52,030 bases of DNA from positions 1-52,030 of the IMG/VR virus record IMGVR_UViG_3300018063_000006. One strand, given 5' to 3'. The notes beneath the pieces were generated by a model that searched no databases, was not told the origin of the DNA, and saw nothing but the letters and a program-made list of their open reading frames with translations. Source of the stretch: a virus. A program made the position numbers and the translations under genes. The first letter of the stretch is position 1. The number at the start of each line of letters is the position of its first letter. This document shows, one piece after another, positions 8,231 to 15,783 of this stretch.

Positions 8231-9201
8231 ACGCTCCCGCGATCGTCAACGTGAGTCCCAGCGTCCTTGCTGACGTGCTCACTTGCGAGACGAAAGCCTG
8301 GTCGCGGCACATCAAGGGTTATACGTCGAAGGGCGACGCGATCAAGGCGGTAGCAGGGCAGGGGTTTCACGCCGCCATCGCTGAGCACTTCCGGCCCGAT
8401 CGCGCGTTCAGTCAGAGCTTCGCCAACACGATGAAGGCGTTTCACGACGTCTACGACTCCGCTTTCGCTCGCCTCCCCGCCGACGCGCTCCCCGATCAGG
8501 CGTACTTGCCCGCTAACCTTCATCGCGTACTGGCGCGCTGGATCGAGATGCATCCGTCGAGCGCGTTGCCGTGGCGCAAAGTGCTCACAGTTGAAGAAGC
8601 CTTCACTTCGCGGACTTTCACAGTGGGTGACACGACGGTCAAGCTAATCGTTCGCCCCGACCTCGTCATCGAGGACTTCAACGGCGCCATTCGCTTCGTC
8701 GACACGAAAACAACGGGTTGGCGTATTAGCGACTCGGGCTGGCGGCGCGCGCTTCGCTTGAGCCTTCAGGTCGCGCTCTACACCGACGCGGTCGCGCAGC
8801 GCTACCCGGGGCGAAGCGTGTGCGGCGGCTGGATCAACGCGATTGAGATGCGGACGCTGCCGAGCGACCCAACGCGGAAGTGCGCAACGCACAAGCTGAC
8901 GTACGCCGAGTGCGGCAACGAGCACGTCAAGTACGAGTTCATCGAGTGCATGACGACGCCGGAGCGGCTGGCGCAGGCGTTGACCGACGCTGAAAGCGCG
9001 GCCGAGCGCTTCGTGCGGATGCTGCGGCTCAATGAGCATGAGCTGAACGGCGCAATGCCGTGGCTCAACATGAACGGCGGTGCGAACGGTGCTTGTCGCT
9101 TTTGCGCTGCGGGCAATTGGTGCGAAGCCGGGCGCGTGCCCGAGGCGCTTGGCAGCTTCATGCAGTACGAACCGTGGGTCGTCGAGGAGGGAACGCGATG
9201 A
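8227..9201 (+). CDS. PD-(D/E)XK (Cas4/RecB-like) exonuclease with C-terminal Cys cluster
   Basis: GTGA overlap. Motifs RPDLVIED...FVDTKT, QVALYTD and C..CRFCAAGNWC. Confidence 0.7.
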   Translation: MNAPAIVNVSPSVLADVLTCETKAWSRHIKGYTSKGDAIKAVAGQGFHAAIAEHFRPDRAFSQSFANTMKAFHDVYDSAFARLPADALPDQAYLPANLHRVLARWIEMHPSSALPWRKVLTVEEAFTSRTFTVGDTTVKLIVRPDLVIEDFNGAIRFVDTKTTGWRISDSGWRRALRLSLQVALYTDAVAQRYPGRSVCGGWINAIEMRTLPSDPTRKCATHKLTYAECGNEHVKYEFIECMTTPERLAQALTDAESAAERFVRMLRLNEHELNGAMPWLNMNGGANGACRFCAAGNWCEAGRVPEALGSFMQYEPWVVEEGTR

Positions 9202-9347
9202 AGGTGCTGCTTCTCTTCGTGCTGCTCGCTGGCTGCGACGGCGCGACCGGCGATCCGACAGCCAAGGACCCGACTGAGCGCGGGCTGTCGTATCTTGCGG
9301 CGGCGATCGTGACGAGCGCGGTGCTGCGTGCGATCTTCAACAAGTGA
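9198..9347 (+). CDS. Small lipoprotein (49 aa)
   Basis: ATGA overlap. MKVLLLFVLLAGC carries a lipobox (L-A-G-C). Confidence 0.55.
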   Translation: MKVLLLFVLLAGCDGATGDPTAKDPTERGLSYLAAAIVTSAVLRAIFNK

Positions 9348-9354
9348 GACGCTG

Positions 9355-9621
9355 ATGCCCTACGTGACGCCTGACGATCGCAAGTGGATCGACCCGATCA
9401 TCGACAAGCTGGTCGAGGAGCTTCGCAACGGCATCGTGACGAAGGGTTGCATGAACTACATCGTCACGAGGCTGATGTTGGCATTCGTCGGCACCGATCC
9501 GCGGTACGCGGACTACAGCGACGCGGTCGCGGTCGTCGAATGTGTGAAGCTGGAGCTGTACCGAAGACATGTTGCGCCGTACGAGGACGTGCAGCGCGAG
9601 AAGAACGGAGACGTGAACTGA
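9355..9621 (+). CDS. Conserved phage protein (88 aa)
   Basis: The pattern ..NYIVTRL...ECVKLELYRR.VAPYED...NGDV recalls a widespread small phage family. Confidence 0.6.
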   Translation: MPYVTPDDRKWIDPIIDKLVEELRNGIVTKGCMNYIVTRLMLAFVGTDPRYADYSDAVAVVECVKLELYRRHVAPYEDVQREKNGDVN

Positions 9622-9749
9622 TGACGCATTCCTGTCGCTGCGGCGCTCTCATCCGCTGGGCGCTCGCGTACTGCTTCGACTGCAACGCTGCGCTGCGCAA
9701 GTCGAAGCGGCTCAAAGGCTGGTGGTTGCCAGCGCGAGGTGATGCGTGA
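9621..9749 (+). CDS. Zinc-ribbon mini-protein (42 aa)
   Basis: TGATG overlap. Contains CRCG..CFDC. Confidence 0.4.
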   Translation: MTHSCRCGALIRWALAYCFDCNAALRKSKRLKGWWLPARGDA

Positions 9750-10594
9750 ACGTCACCCTCGCGGACGGCCGCACGCTTGAGCTGCCGCGCCTCAAATTCG
9801 GCGTCATGGGCCGCCCCGGCAGCGGCAAGAGCACCCTCATCTCCTCAATGGCGATGGAAGGGCATCCGTTGCTGGTGTTCGCGGTGGACCCCGAGGAGAA
9901 GCTGACGCCGTATTTCGATCGCTGTGGCGAGATCAAGCGCAGCGTCGGACAGTACGGCCAGCCCGTGCTCGTTGGTCTGAGTCCCAAGACCGGCAAGCCG
10001 TTGATGCAGGTCGAGCTGTTCTACGACGACGAGCCGAAGATTCCGCGCGCAATCACGATGCTGTTGGCGCGGCTCGAGCAGGTCCGAGGCGAAGTCGAAG
10101 CTGGCATGTGGGCGTCGTTCGGTCTCGACTCGTGGACGCAGTTGGAGACGTTTGCGATTTGGCGGCGGCAGACCGGGCCGATGGCAGTGAAGGACGCGGA
10201 CGCCTTCGGACGCGCGCACGGCGCAGCGAAGGACGATCTCAAGCCGATCGTCGTAGCGCGGCTCATGCCGCTCAAGTGCAACGTCGGCATCGTGTTCCAT
10301 ACGACAGAAGTGATGAAGGAAGAGGGCGGGGTGAGCTTCTTCGGCATGAAGGCGATCGGGACGCTATCGACGGAGTTGTCGGCGCTGTTGCCTGAGCGCT
10401 ACCGCGCGACGGCCGAGGCTGATGGCGTGACGCGGCGACTGTGGACGCGGCCTGATGGACGATTCGATCTTTGCACGCTGATCGACGCGCCGAGTCCGTG
10501 CCGAAACGATTTCAAGGCGTTGTGGCAGAACTGGATTGCGAAACGCGCTGCGGCAGCCGCGGCCACTGAACCCGTGAAGGAGGAACCGAAGTGA
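9746..10594 (+). CDS. AAA_24/Sak4-like RecA-fold ATPase
   Basis: Walker A GRPGSGKST and Walker B-like FGLDSW. GTGA overlap. Confidence 0.7.
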   Translation: MNVTLADGRTLELPRLKFGVMGRPGSGKSTLISSMAMEGHPLLVFAVDPEEKLTPYFDRCGEIKRSVGQYGQPVLVGLSPKTGKPLMQVELFYDDEPKIPRAITMLLARLEQVRGEVEAGMWASFGLDSWTQLETFAIWRRQTGPMAVKDADAFGRAHGAAKDDLKPIVVARLMPLKCNVGIVFHTTEVMKEEGGVSFFGMKAIGTLSTELSALLPERYRATAEADGVTRRLWTRPDGRFDLCTLIDAPSPCRNDFKALWQNWIAKRAAAAAATEPVKEEPK

Positions 10595-10938
10595 AGTTCA
10601 CGATCGACCGCAATGTGTGGCTGCGCGGCGAAGGCGTCTGCAATAGCAAGCTACTGCGCGACGACGGCAAGATGTGTTGTGTCGGCATTTTCCTGAAGGC
10701 GCTTGGCGTCATGGACGAGGACTTAATCGACCAGCGCGTTGCGTACGACCTAGGTATCGTTCGCCTGGAGAAGCTGCAATGCCCGTGGCTAGCTGCCCAT
10801 GGTGCCGACGAGCCGGTGCCAAGTATCATCGAGCTTTATCGCACCAACGACAGCCGTGTGATGGACGATGCTGACCGCGAGCAGCTCATCACCAAAGAGT
10901 TCGGCAAGCACGACGTCGAAGTCGAATTCATCAACTGA
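10591..10938 (+). CDS. Hypothetical phage protein (115 aa)
   Basis: GTGA overlap. W.RG...L....G.MCCVG motif. Confidence 0.6.
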   Translation: MKFTIDRNVWLRGEGVCNSKLLRDDGKMCCVGIFLKALGVMDEDLIDQRVAYDLGIVRLEKLQCPWLAAHGADEPVPSIIELYRTNDSRVMDDADREQLITKEFGKHDVEVEFIN

Positions 10939-11002
10939 AACGCGCAGCGCAAGCTGCCCTACCGGCGACTGCGAGCGCAGCGCCGCAAGAAGGAGAGTCG
11001 AA

Positions 11003-11581
11003 GTGAACACAGAGCAGAATCAGGCCGCGCTCGCCGAAGCGTGGTCAGGTACGGTGACGCCGTACAGCCAGATCAAGGACCAGCTCGGGCTCGACGTTGG
11101 GCAGTACGACTTCATCGTCGGCAAGCTCGAGCCGCAGCTCGACAAGAATGGGCTGTACTGCATCGTCGGTGAGTTCCCGGTGACGAACCCAACGGGCTTT
11201 CTGTATCCGTACAAGCGCACGCTGTACGTCGGCACGCACAAGGACCCGATGGCGAAGCTGCCTGACACGCGGCTGAATAATTCGGCGCTGCGGTTCCTCA
11301 AGAACATCGCCAAGGCGAACAACGTCCCGACGAACGACCAGAGTGACGCGGCGCTGTGCACGAGCATCCTCGGGCGTGCTTTCGGGTGTCCGATCGTCGA
11401 AAGCAAGCCCTACAAGGACGCGCATGGCAACGATAAGAAGGGCGGCACCGAGTTCGGCCGCAACGTCACCCCTGCGGGGATGATCCCGGCGCGGGTCTAC
11501 GCGACGCCGGTGGCGAATGGCGCGGCGGGCACGCCGACGGCTGCGCCGGCGCTCACGGGCGCGAGCTTCGGGACCGAGTAG
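11003..11581 (+). CDS. Hypothetical protein (192 aa); possible ssDNA-binding protein by position only
   Basis: GTG 11003 sits behind AAGGAGAG. Follows the Sak4-like gene. Confidence 0.5.
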   Translation: MNTEQNQAALAEAWSGTVTPYSQIKDQLGLDVGQYDFIVGKLEPQLDKNGLYCIVGEFPVTNPTGFLYPYKRTLYVGTHKDPMAKLPDTRLNNSALRFLKNIAKANNVPTNDQSDAALCTSILGRAFGCPIVESKPYKDAHGNDKKGGTEFGRNVTPAGMIPARVYATPVANGAAGTPTAAPALTGASFGTE

Positions 11582-11597
11582 GCTTCGCACCCAGGTT

Positions 11598-11661
11598 GCG
11601 GGCGGCTCGGTAAGGAGCGTCCACCCAAAGCGATAGCAGGCTCGATTCCTGCTCGCCCGCA
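11598..11661 (+). other. tRNA-like mini-element (not a canonical tRNA)
   Basis: 7-bp closing stem GCGGGCG/CGCCCGC. D-arm-like GCTC-GGTAAG-GAGC. T-arm-like GCAGG-CTCGATT-CCTGC. No anticodon arm; about 64 nt in total. Confidence 0.2.
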
Positions 11662-11719
11662 TCAACCTCAACGCAGGTGCCACGGATGGCGCCTCCAACG
11701 TCAGCATAGGAGATCATCC

Positions 11720-11917
11720 GTGGACACAACGAACGAGACCAGCACCAACGGCGCCGACACCGAGATGACCGAGCGCGCGAAGGGCACCGTGACCCGTAAC
11801 CCGCGCATCGTCGCCATCTCGAAGATCAGCAACATCCTCGATGCTCTCGACGAGGAGTCGCGCGGCCGTGCCGTGCGCTTCATCGCCGAGGAGTACGAGA
11901 GCGACCTCACTTCCTGA
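11720..11917 (+). CDS. Hypothetical acidic protein (65 aa)
   Basis: GTG 11720 sits behind TAGGAGA. Confidence 0.55.
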   Translation: MDTTNETSTNGADTEMTERAKGTVTRNPRIVAISKISNILDALDEESRGRAVRFIAEEYESDLTS

Positions 11918-11922
11918 CACAA

Positions 11923-12001
11923 GGTGTGCAGGCTGAGCATGGTGTGCAGGGAGACCCTGCAACGGGCAACCCCCCTCTGCTCTGAGAAACACTCAGCCTG
12001 C
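11923..12001. repeat. Direct repeat GGTGTGCAGG x2 plus a 10-bp inverted repeat
   Basis: GGTGTGCAGG at 11923-11932 and 11941-11950. GCAGGCTGAG (11928-11937) pairs with CTCAGCCTGC (11992-12001). Inner hairpin CAGGG-aga-CCCTG. Confidence 0.6.
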
Positions 12002-12103
12002 GCTTCAACTGCCGCGGACGCCGGCCCGGCGGCGTGGACCTGCGGCGGCGAGGGCCGGGACGAACCCCTCGCCGTCCTTAACTCCAACGGAGAATACGAA
12101 GCA

Positions 12104-12409
12104 ATGGCCAACGCACTCGGTAACGCTGTCCGCATGAACGAGGCTCCCTCCCCTCGTGAGAGAAGGCGTCCCCAAAAGGGCGTGCGGCAGGGCCATCATT
12201 CTTCGCCGTCGAGGCCGTGCGCGCGGTGCGGCGAGACACGCCAGGCGGGAGGGTATCGGTCCTGGCGATACGGCGTCGCGTACTGTGACGGCTGCGCAAA
12301 GCTGTTGCCATCGTGGAACCTCGGCATGGGATGGGCGAAGTTCTCGCCGATGGTGGTTGAGGCGTTCAAGCCGACGGGCGTGGACTTGCCGGCGGTCAAC
12401 CATGTCTGA
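12104..12409 (+). CDS. Zinc-finger protein (101 aa; may extend 5' to 11924 or 11939)
   Basis: ATG 12104 sits behind GGAGAA. Contains CARCG...CDGC. Confidence 0.5.
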   Translation: MANALGNAVRMNEAPSPRERRRPQKGVRQGHHSSPSRPCARCGETRQAGGYRSWRYGVAYCDGCAKLLPSWNLGMGWAKFSPMVVEAFKPTGVDLPAVNHV

Positions 12410-12659
12410 GCACAACGATTACCTGCGCGCCGAAATACTGCGCCTTCATCGCTCGGCGCTGTCGAAGGTACGCGATGGGCTGATACCAACGCGCATCGAA
12501 GTTCTGGCAATTGCCTACGCGATGGCCACCGTCGAGGCGTTCAACGACATCGTCGTGGAACGCTACAGTGGGCTGGGCGCGCTGCAAACTGAAGTGCTGG
12601 ACCGCGCCGACATTACGATGGACAAGCTGATGCTGATGACGAGCGGCAGCAATGGGTGA
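12402..12659 (+). CDS. Hypothetical protein (85 aa)
   Basis: ATG 12402 with an 8-nt overlap. In frame with ORF 12156..12659. Confidence 0.6.
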   Translation: MSEHNDYLRAEILRLHRSALSKVRDGLIPTRIEVLAIAYAMATVEAFNDIVVERYSGLGALQTEVLDRADITMDKLMLMTSGSNG

Positions 12660-12771
12660 GCCCCTCGTTCTCTGTCCCGTGTGTCGCGTCGCAGTGCCCG
12701 ACAAGGACTACTATCGTCACGCGCAGAAGCATCAGGAGCGCGAGTCGGAGCGGAAGGAAGGTGGGAAGTGA
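12652..12771 (+). CDS. C2H2-like zinc-finger mini-protein (39 aa)
   Basis: Hand-translated. CPVC-x11-H-x3-H pattern. Overlaps both neighbours. Confidence 0.45.
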   Translation: MGEPLVLCPVCRVAVPDKDYYRHAQKHQERESERKEGGK

Positions 12772-12959
12772 GCGCGTGGTTCTTCATCTTCATGTTCGGG
12801 TCCAATTACCCGACAACGTTCGGCCCGTTTGCAACACCAGCCGAATGCGAACGAATCCGCAAGGAGCTAGTGGAACCTCGGCATGGATTGGTAGGACGCG
12901 CCTTCGTCGGGTCGTGCTACCGCGGACGGCTACTGCCGGTCGTGAAGGCTACGAAGTGA
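12768..12959 (+). CDS. Hypothetical protein with hydrophobic N-terminus (63 aa)
   Basis: GTGA overlap. In frame with ORF 12681..12959. Confidence 0.5.
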   Translation: MSAWFFIFMFGSNYPTTFGPFATPAECERIRKELVEPRHGLVGRAFVGSCYRGRLLPVVKATK

Positions 12960-13147
12960 GCACCGCCTACAACCGTCGCCGCGGTGCGAGCGCGCGGAAG
13001 ATGCGGAAGCCGAGACAGTGCTTCGCCGGCGTCGTCGATGCGTACACATCGACCGTAAGCACTGCTCAAGCGTGGGACCTCTACCGTTGTCCGCGCCTCG
13101 CCCCGCGCAATCGCTTCTGCGACGAGCATCAGCGAGGTGCAACATGA
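12956..13147 (+). CDS. Basic hypothetical protein (63 aa)
   Basis: GTGA overlap. In frame with ORF 12656..13147. Confidence 0.45.
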   Translation: MSTAYNRRRGASARKMRKPRQCFAGVVDAYTSTVSTAQAWDLYRCPRLAPRNRFCDEHQRGAT

Positions 13148-13413
13148 TGCTCGCGTGTGACAACGGCATCTCCATGACCGCCATCAAGGAGCTACAAGCG
13201 CGCGGGCACGAAGTCGTCTATTGGGCCGACGACGAGCACGATGAGTGGTGGTTTCGTGCCGCATTGGACGCCGGTGCTGAAGTGTTCATCTCACACGATT
13301 GGGACATCGTGCTGATGGCCGATGCAAGATACAAGCCCCGCATTCACATGAAACAAGGTATCGGCGGCGCGCGACAAGCGGCGTTCATTCTTCGTAAGTT
13401 GGAGGCGCTATGA
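13144..13413 (+). CDS. Hypothetical protein (89 aa)
   Basis: ATGA overlap. In frame with ORF 13018..13413. Confidence 0.55.
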   Translation: MMLACDNGISMTAIKELQARGHEVVYWADDEHDEWWFRAALDAGAEVFISHDWDIVLMADARYKPRIHMKQGIGGARQAAFILRKLEAL

Positions 13414-13634
13414 TCTTCGACCATCAACGCTTCTTCGAGCAAGTTACCGTCTTCATCTTCTGCCAGCGGCTACAAATCGTCTTCGACCTCGCGACCGATG
13501 AACGTTTCGCTGCGCAGGTGTTTCGTGCGTTCAGCGCGACGGCGCGCTTGCGGCTGATCGCGAAGATACTGGCGTTGCGAGTGGTGAAGCCGAGCGGAAG
13601 CGAGCCGCCGGCTTCGCTGGCGGTGGTGCAGTAG
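13410..13634 (+). CDS. Hypothetical protein (74 aa)
   Basis: ATGA overlap. High GC3 by hand count. Confidence 0.5.
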   Translation: MIFDHQRFFEQVTVFIFCQRLQIVFDLATDERFAAQVFRAFSATARLRLIAKILALRVVKPSGSEPPASLAVVQ

Positions 13635-15628
13635 TGCAATCGCGTGACGACGGCAGCACCCGCGCTCCGATCGCGATGGTGGGCGAGGCGTACGGGCATT
13701 GGGAAGGTATATACGACCGCCCGTTCGTCGGCCCGTCGTACAATGACAAGTTGCAGCCGTGGTGGAGAGACGCTGGCCTGTCGCGCGACATGTTCTACAT
13801 CACGAACGCTTGGGACCAGGGCCAGCCGCAGCCACACATCGACCGAATCCCTGAAAGCGAGCTGCGCGCTGCAATGGATCGCCTGCACGATCGGCTCGCC
13901 ACACTTGAAGGTCCCGATGGCAACGGCCCCATTGTCATAGTGCCCACTGGCAACGTGGCGCTCTACGCCTTGACGGGCAAAGGCAAAGTCAGCTTCCACT
14001 CGCGCGACGGCCGCTGGGAGCGACCGGGCATTCAGTCGTGGCGCGGCAGCATCTTGCAGTACGAAGACCGCAAGGGCCGAAGGATCAAGGTCATCCCGAC
14101 AGTGCATCCGGCGGCGACGTTTCGGCAACCGGGGCTCGAGTGGGTGTGCGCGACTGACTGGCGGCGGATCGCCGGCGACGTCGCGTTTCGTGAGCTGCGC
14201 CTGCCTGATCGCACACACATGATCGCGCCCAACATCAGCGAGGCGATCGAGTGGATGCGGTGGACGCGGAGCTTGGCGGCGAAATGGGCGGCTGGCGCCG
14301 GCGGCGACCTCGCGCTCAACGGCCGCCTCGCGTGCAGCCTCGACGTCGAGACGCCGAAGCGGACTGAGTATGCGACGAAGGAAGGCGTGAGCGCATCGAC
14401 TGCACCAGGCACGAAGTGTCGGATGTGCGGGCATACGCTGCGCTGGCACGAGAAGCCGGAGAGTGACCCGGAACTAGGCGCGCTCGTTGGTGTAAAGTTG
14501 TCGATTCCGTGTCGTGGGCCTCACAAGAAGGGATGTGGTCATGACTGCCGTAAGTTCTCGCCGCCGCTTCTCAAACCCAAGCGCATCAAAATCAGCGAAG
14601 AAGCCTATCTCGGCTGCATCGGCTACGCTTGGGACCCGAAGATCAGCCTGACGATCCCAACGACGCTCGCGTACTGGCAGGACCCCGCTGCGTGGGCGCT
14701 CGTCAAGGCCGAGCTAGTTGCCTTCCACGCCGACCCGAACATCGACTTTGGCGGGCAGAACCAGCCCTTCGACGCCTGGTGGTGCGCGACCGAAGGCATG
14801 CCGTTTCGGATCGCGTGGGACTTAATGAACATGCATCGCGTTCGGGTGCCGTTCAGCGAGTGGCACGATCTTGCGTTTCAGGGATCGCTCTATACGCGCC
14901 AACCGTACTGGAAGGACGAAGCCAAGGACCCCGATTCGGTTCAGCGGTACGCGCATAACAGCGAAGCCCTGTGGACCTACAACGGCATCGACAACTGCGT
15001 TCAGCGGGAGCTGCTGTCGAAGCATCTCGAGGCGCTGCGCGAAGCCGGGCGGCTCGAATATTACGAGCAGCTCGAGGCGTCGATGTTCGCGCCGCTTCTC
15101 GAGCTGAGCCTCACCGGGATTCGCGTTGACGCAAAGGGCCGCAGCGAGGAGCTAGCCCGGACGAAGGTCGAAGCCGGCGACGTCGCGAAGCAGATCAACG
15201 AGGCCGCGGGGACGAAGCTCGTTGCGAAGACGGCTGTCAGCAACGCGAAGATGAAGATGTTTCTCTATAGCGCCGAAGGGCTGCGGTTGCCTGAGCAGTA
15301 CACGAAGAACGCGAAGAAAGAGAAGGTCGTCACCGTCAACGTCGTCGCGATCAAGCGGCTGATGGAGCGCTTCCCAGGGCACGAGAAGCTGCACACTGTT
15401 GGGCGGTTCGTGCTGCGCCATCGTCGGCTGCTGAAGATCGCCGCGTTCCTGAGCGAGTCGCGCGTATCGGCCGACGGGCGCGTGTACGGGATGTTCAAGC
15501 AAGACACGATTCTCGGGCGGCTGTCGTGCGAGTCGTTGCCGAATGACGAAGGCGACAACCTTCAGAATCAGGATCGGAAGCTGCGTAAGTATTTCGTAGC
15601 GGATACGAACGAGGAGAGTGTGGCATGA
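13634..15628 (+). CDS. polA: Family-A DNA polymerase, N-terminal fragment: UDG-like domain + 3'-5' exonuclease + fingers/thumb up to the pre-motif-A segment
   Basis: UDG family-4-like motifs: VGEAYG..E, PFVGPS, TVHPAA. Exonuclease motifs: SLDVET, NQPFDAWW, YNGIDN. Polymerase motifs: GRLS, NLQN, RKYFVAD. Confidence 0.85.
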   Translation: MQSRDDGSTRAPIAMVGEAYGHWEGIYDRPFVGPSYNDKLQPWWRDAGLSRDMFYITNAWDQGQPQPHIDRIPESELRAAMDRLHDRLATLEGPDGNGPIVIVPTGNVALYALTGKGKVSFHSRDGRWERPGIQSWRGSILQYEDRKGRRIKVIPTVHPAATFRQPGLEWVCATDWRRIAGDVAFRELRLPDRTHMIAPNISEAIEWMRWTRSLAAKWAAGAGGDLALNGRLACSLDVETPKRTEYATKEGVSASTAPGTKCRMCGHTLRWHEKPESDPELGALVGVKLSIPCRGPHKKGCGHDCRKFSPPLLKPKRIKISEEAYLGCIGYAWDPKISLTIPTTLAYWQDPAAWALVKAELVAFHADPNIDFGGQNQPFDAWWCATEGMPFRIAWDLMNMHRVRVPFSEWHDLAFQGSLYTRQPYWKDEAKDPDSVQRYAHNSEALWTYNGIDNCVQRELLSKHLEALREAGRLEYYEQLEASMFAPLLELSLTGIRVDAKGRSEELARTKVEAGDVAKQINEAAGTKLVAKTAVSNAKMKMFLYSAEGLRLPEQYTKNAKKEKVVTVNVVAIKRLMERFPGHEKLHTVGRFVLRHRRLLKIAAFLSESRVSADGRVYGMFKQDTILGRLSCESLPNDEGDNLQNQDRKLRKYFVADTNEESVA

Positions 15629-15783
15629 GCCACGTTTGCTTCACTGAAACGTGGTGGGTGGATGTCGCGCATTACGAGCGAGTTCTGATCCATGACTTCT
15701 GGTGTCAGGTAGCCATCGCAGCGATGTGCAAGCTGATGTTCCTCGAGACGGCCATTCAGTATTTCGACGAGGTACAACTGTGA
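15625..15783 (+). CDS. 52-aa ORF inside the polA interruption
   Basis: GAGGAG lies 8 nt upstream. ATGA overlap with the N-fragment stop and GTGA overlap with the C-fragment start. Lower GC than its surroundings. GC3 about 71% by hand. Confidence 0.45.
   Translation: MSHVCFTETWWVDVAHYERVLIHDFWCQVAIAAMCKLMFLETAIQYFDEVQL

Noticed and set aside
11598-11661. A genuine tRNA gene
   Set aside because: It is only about 64 nt long. It has no anticodon stem-loop, no spacer between the acceptor and D stems, and C instead of U at T-loop position 54. Kept only as a tRNA-like oddity.
15626-15628. Stop-codon reassignment explaining the broken polA and terL genes
   Set aside because: Reading through the TGA at 15626 hits further stops in the same frame (TGA, TAG). 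Both TGA and TAG terminate many well-supported genes here.
15620-15782. Group I/II intron or intein in polA
   Set aside because: The 160-nt length is not a multiple of three, so it cannot be an intein. It is far shorter than known self-splicing introns. None of the five possible boundary registers gives both a 5' exon ending in U and an intron ending in G. RNA-level or translation-level removal cannot be fully excluded without data.
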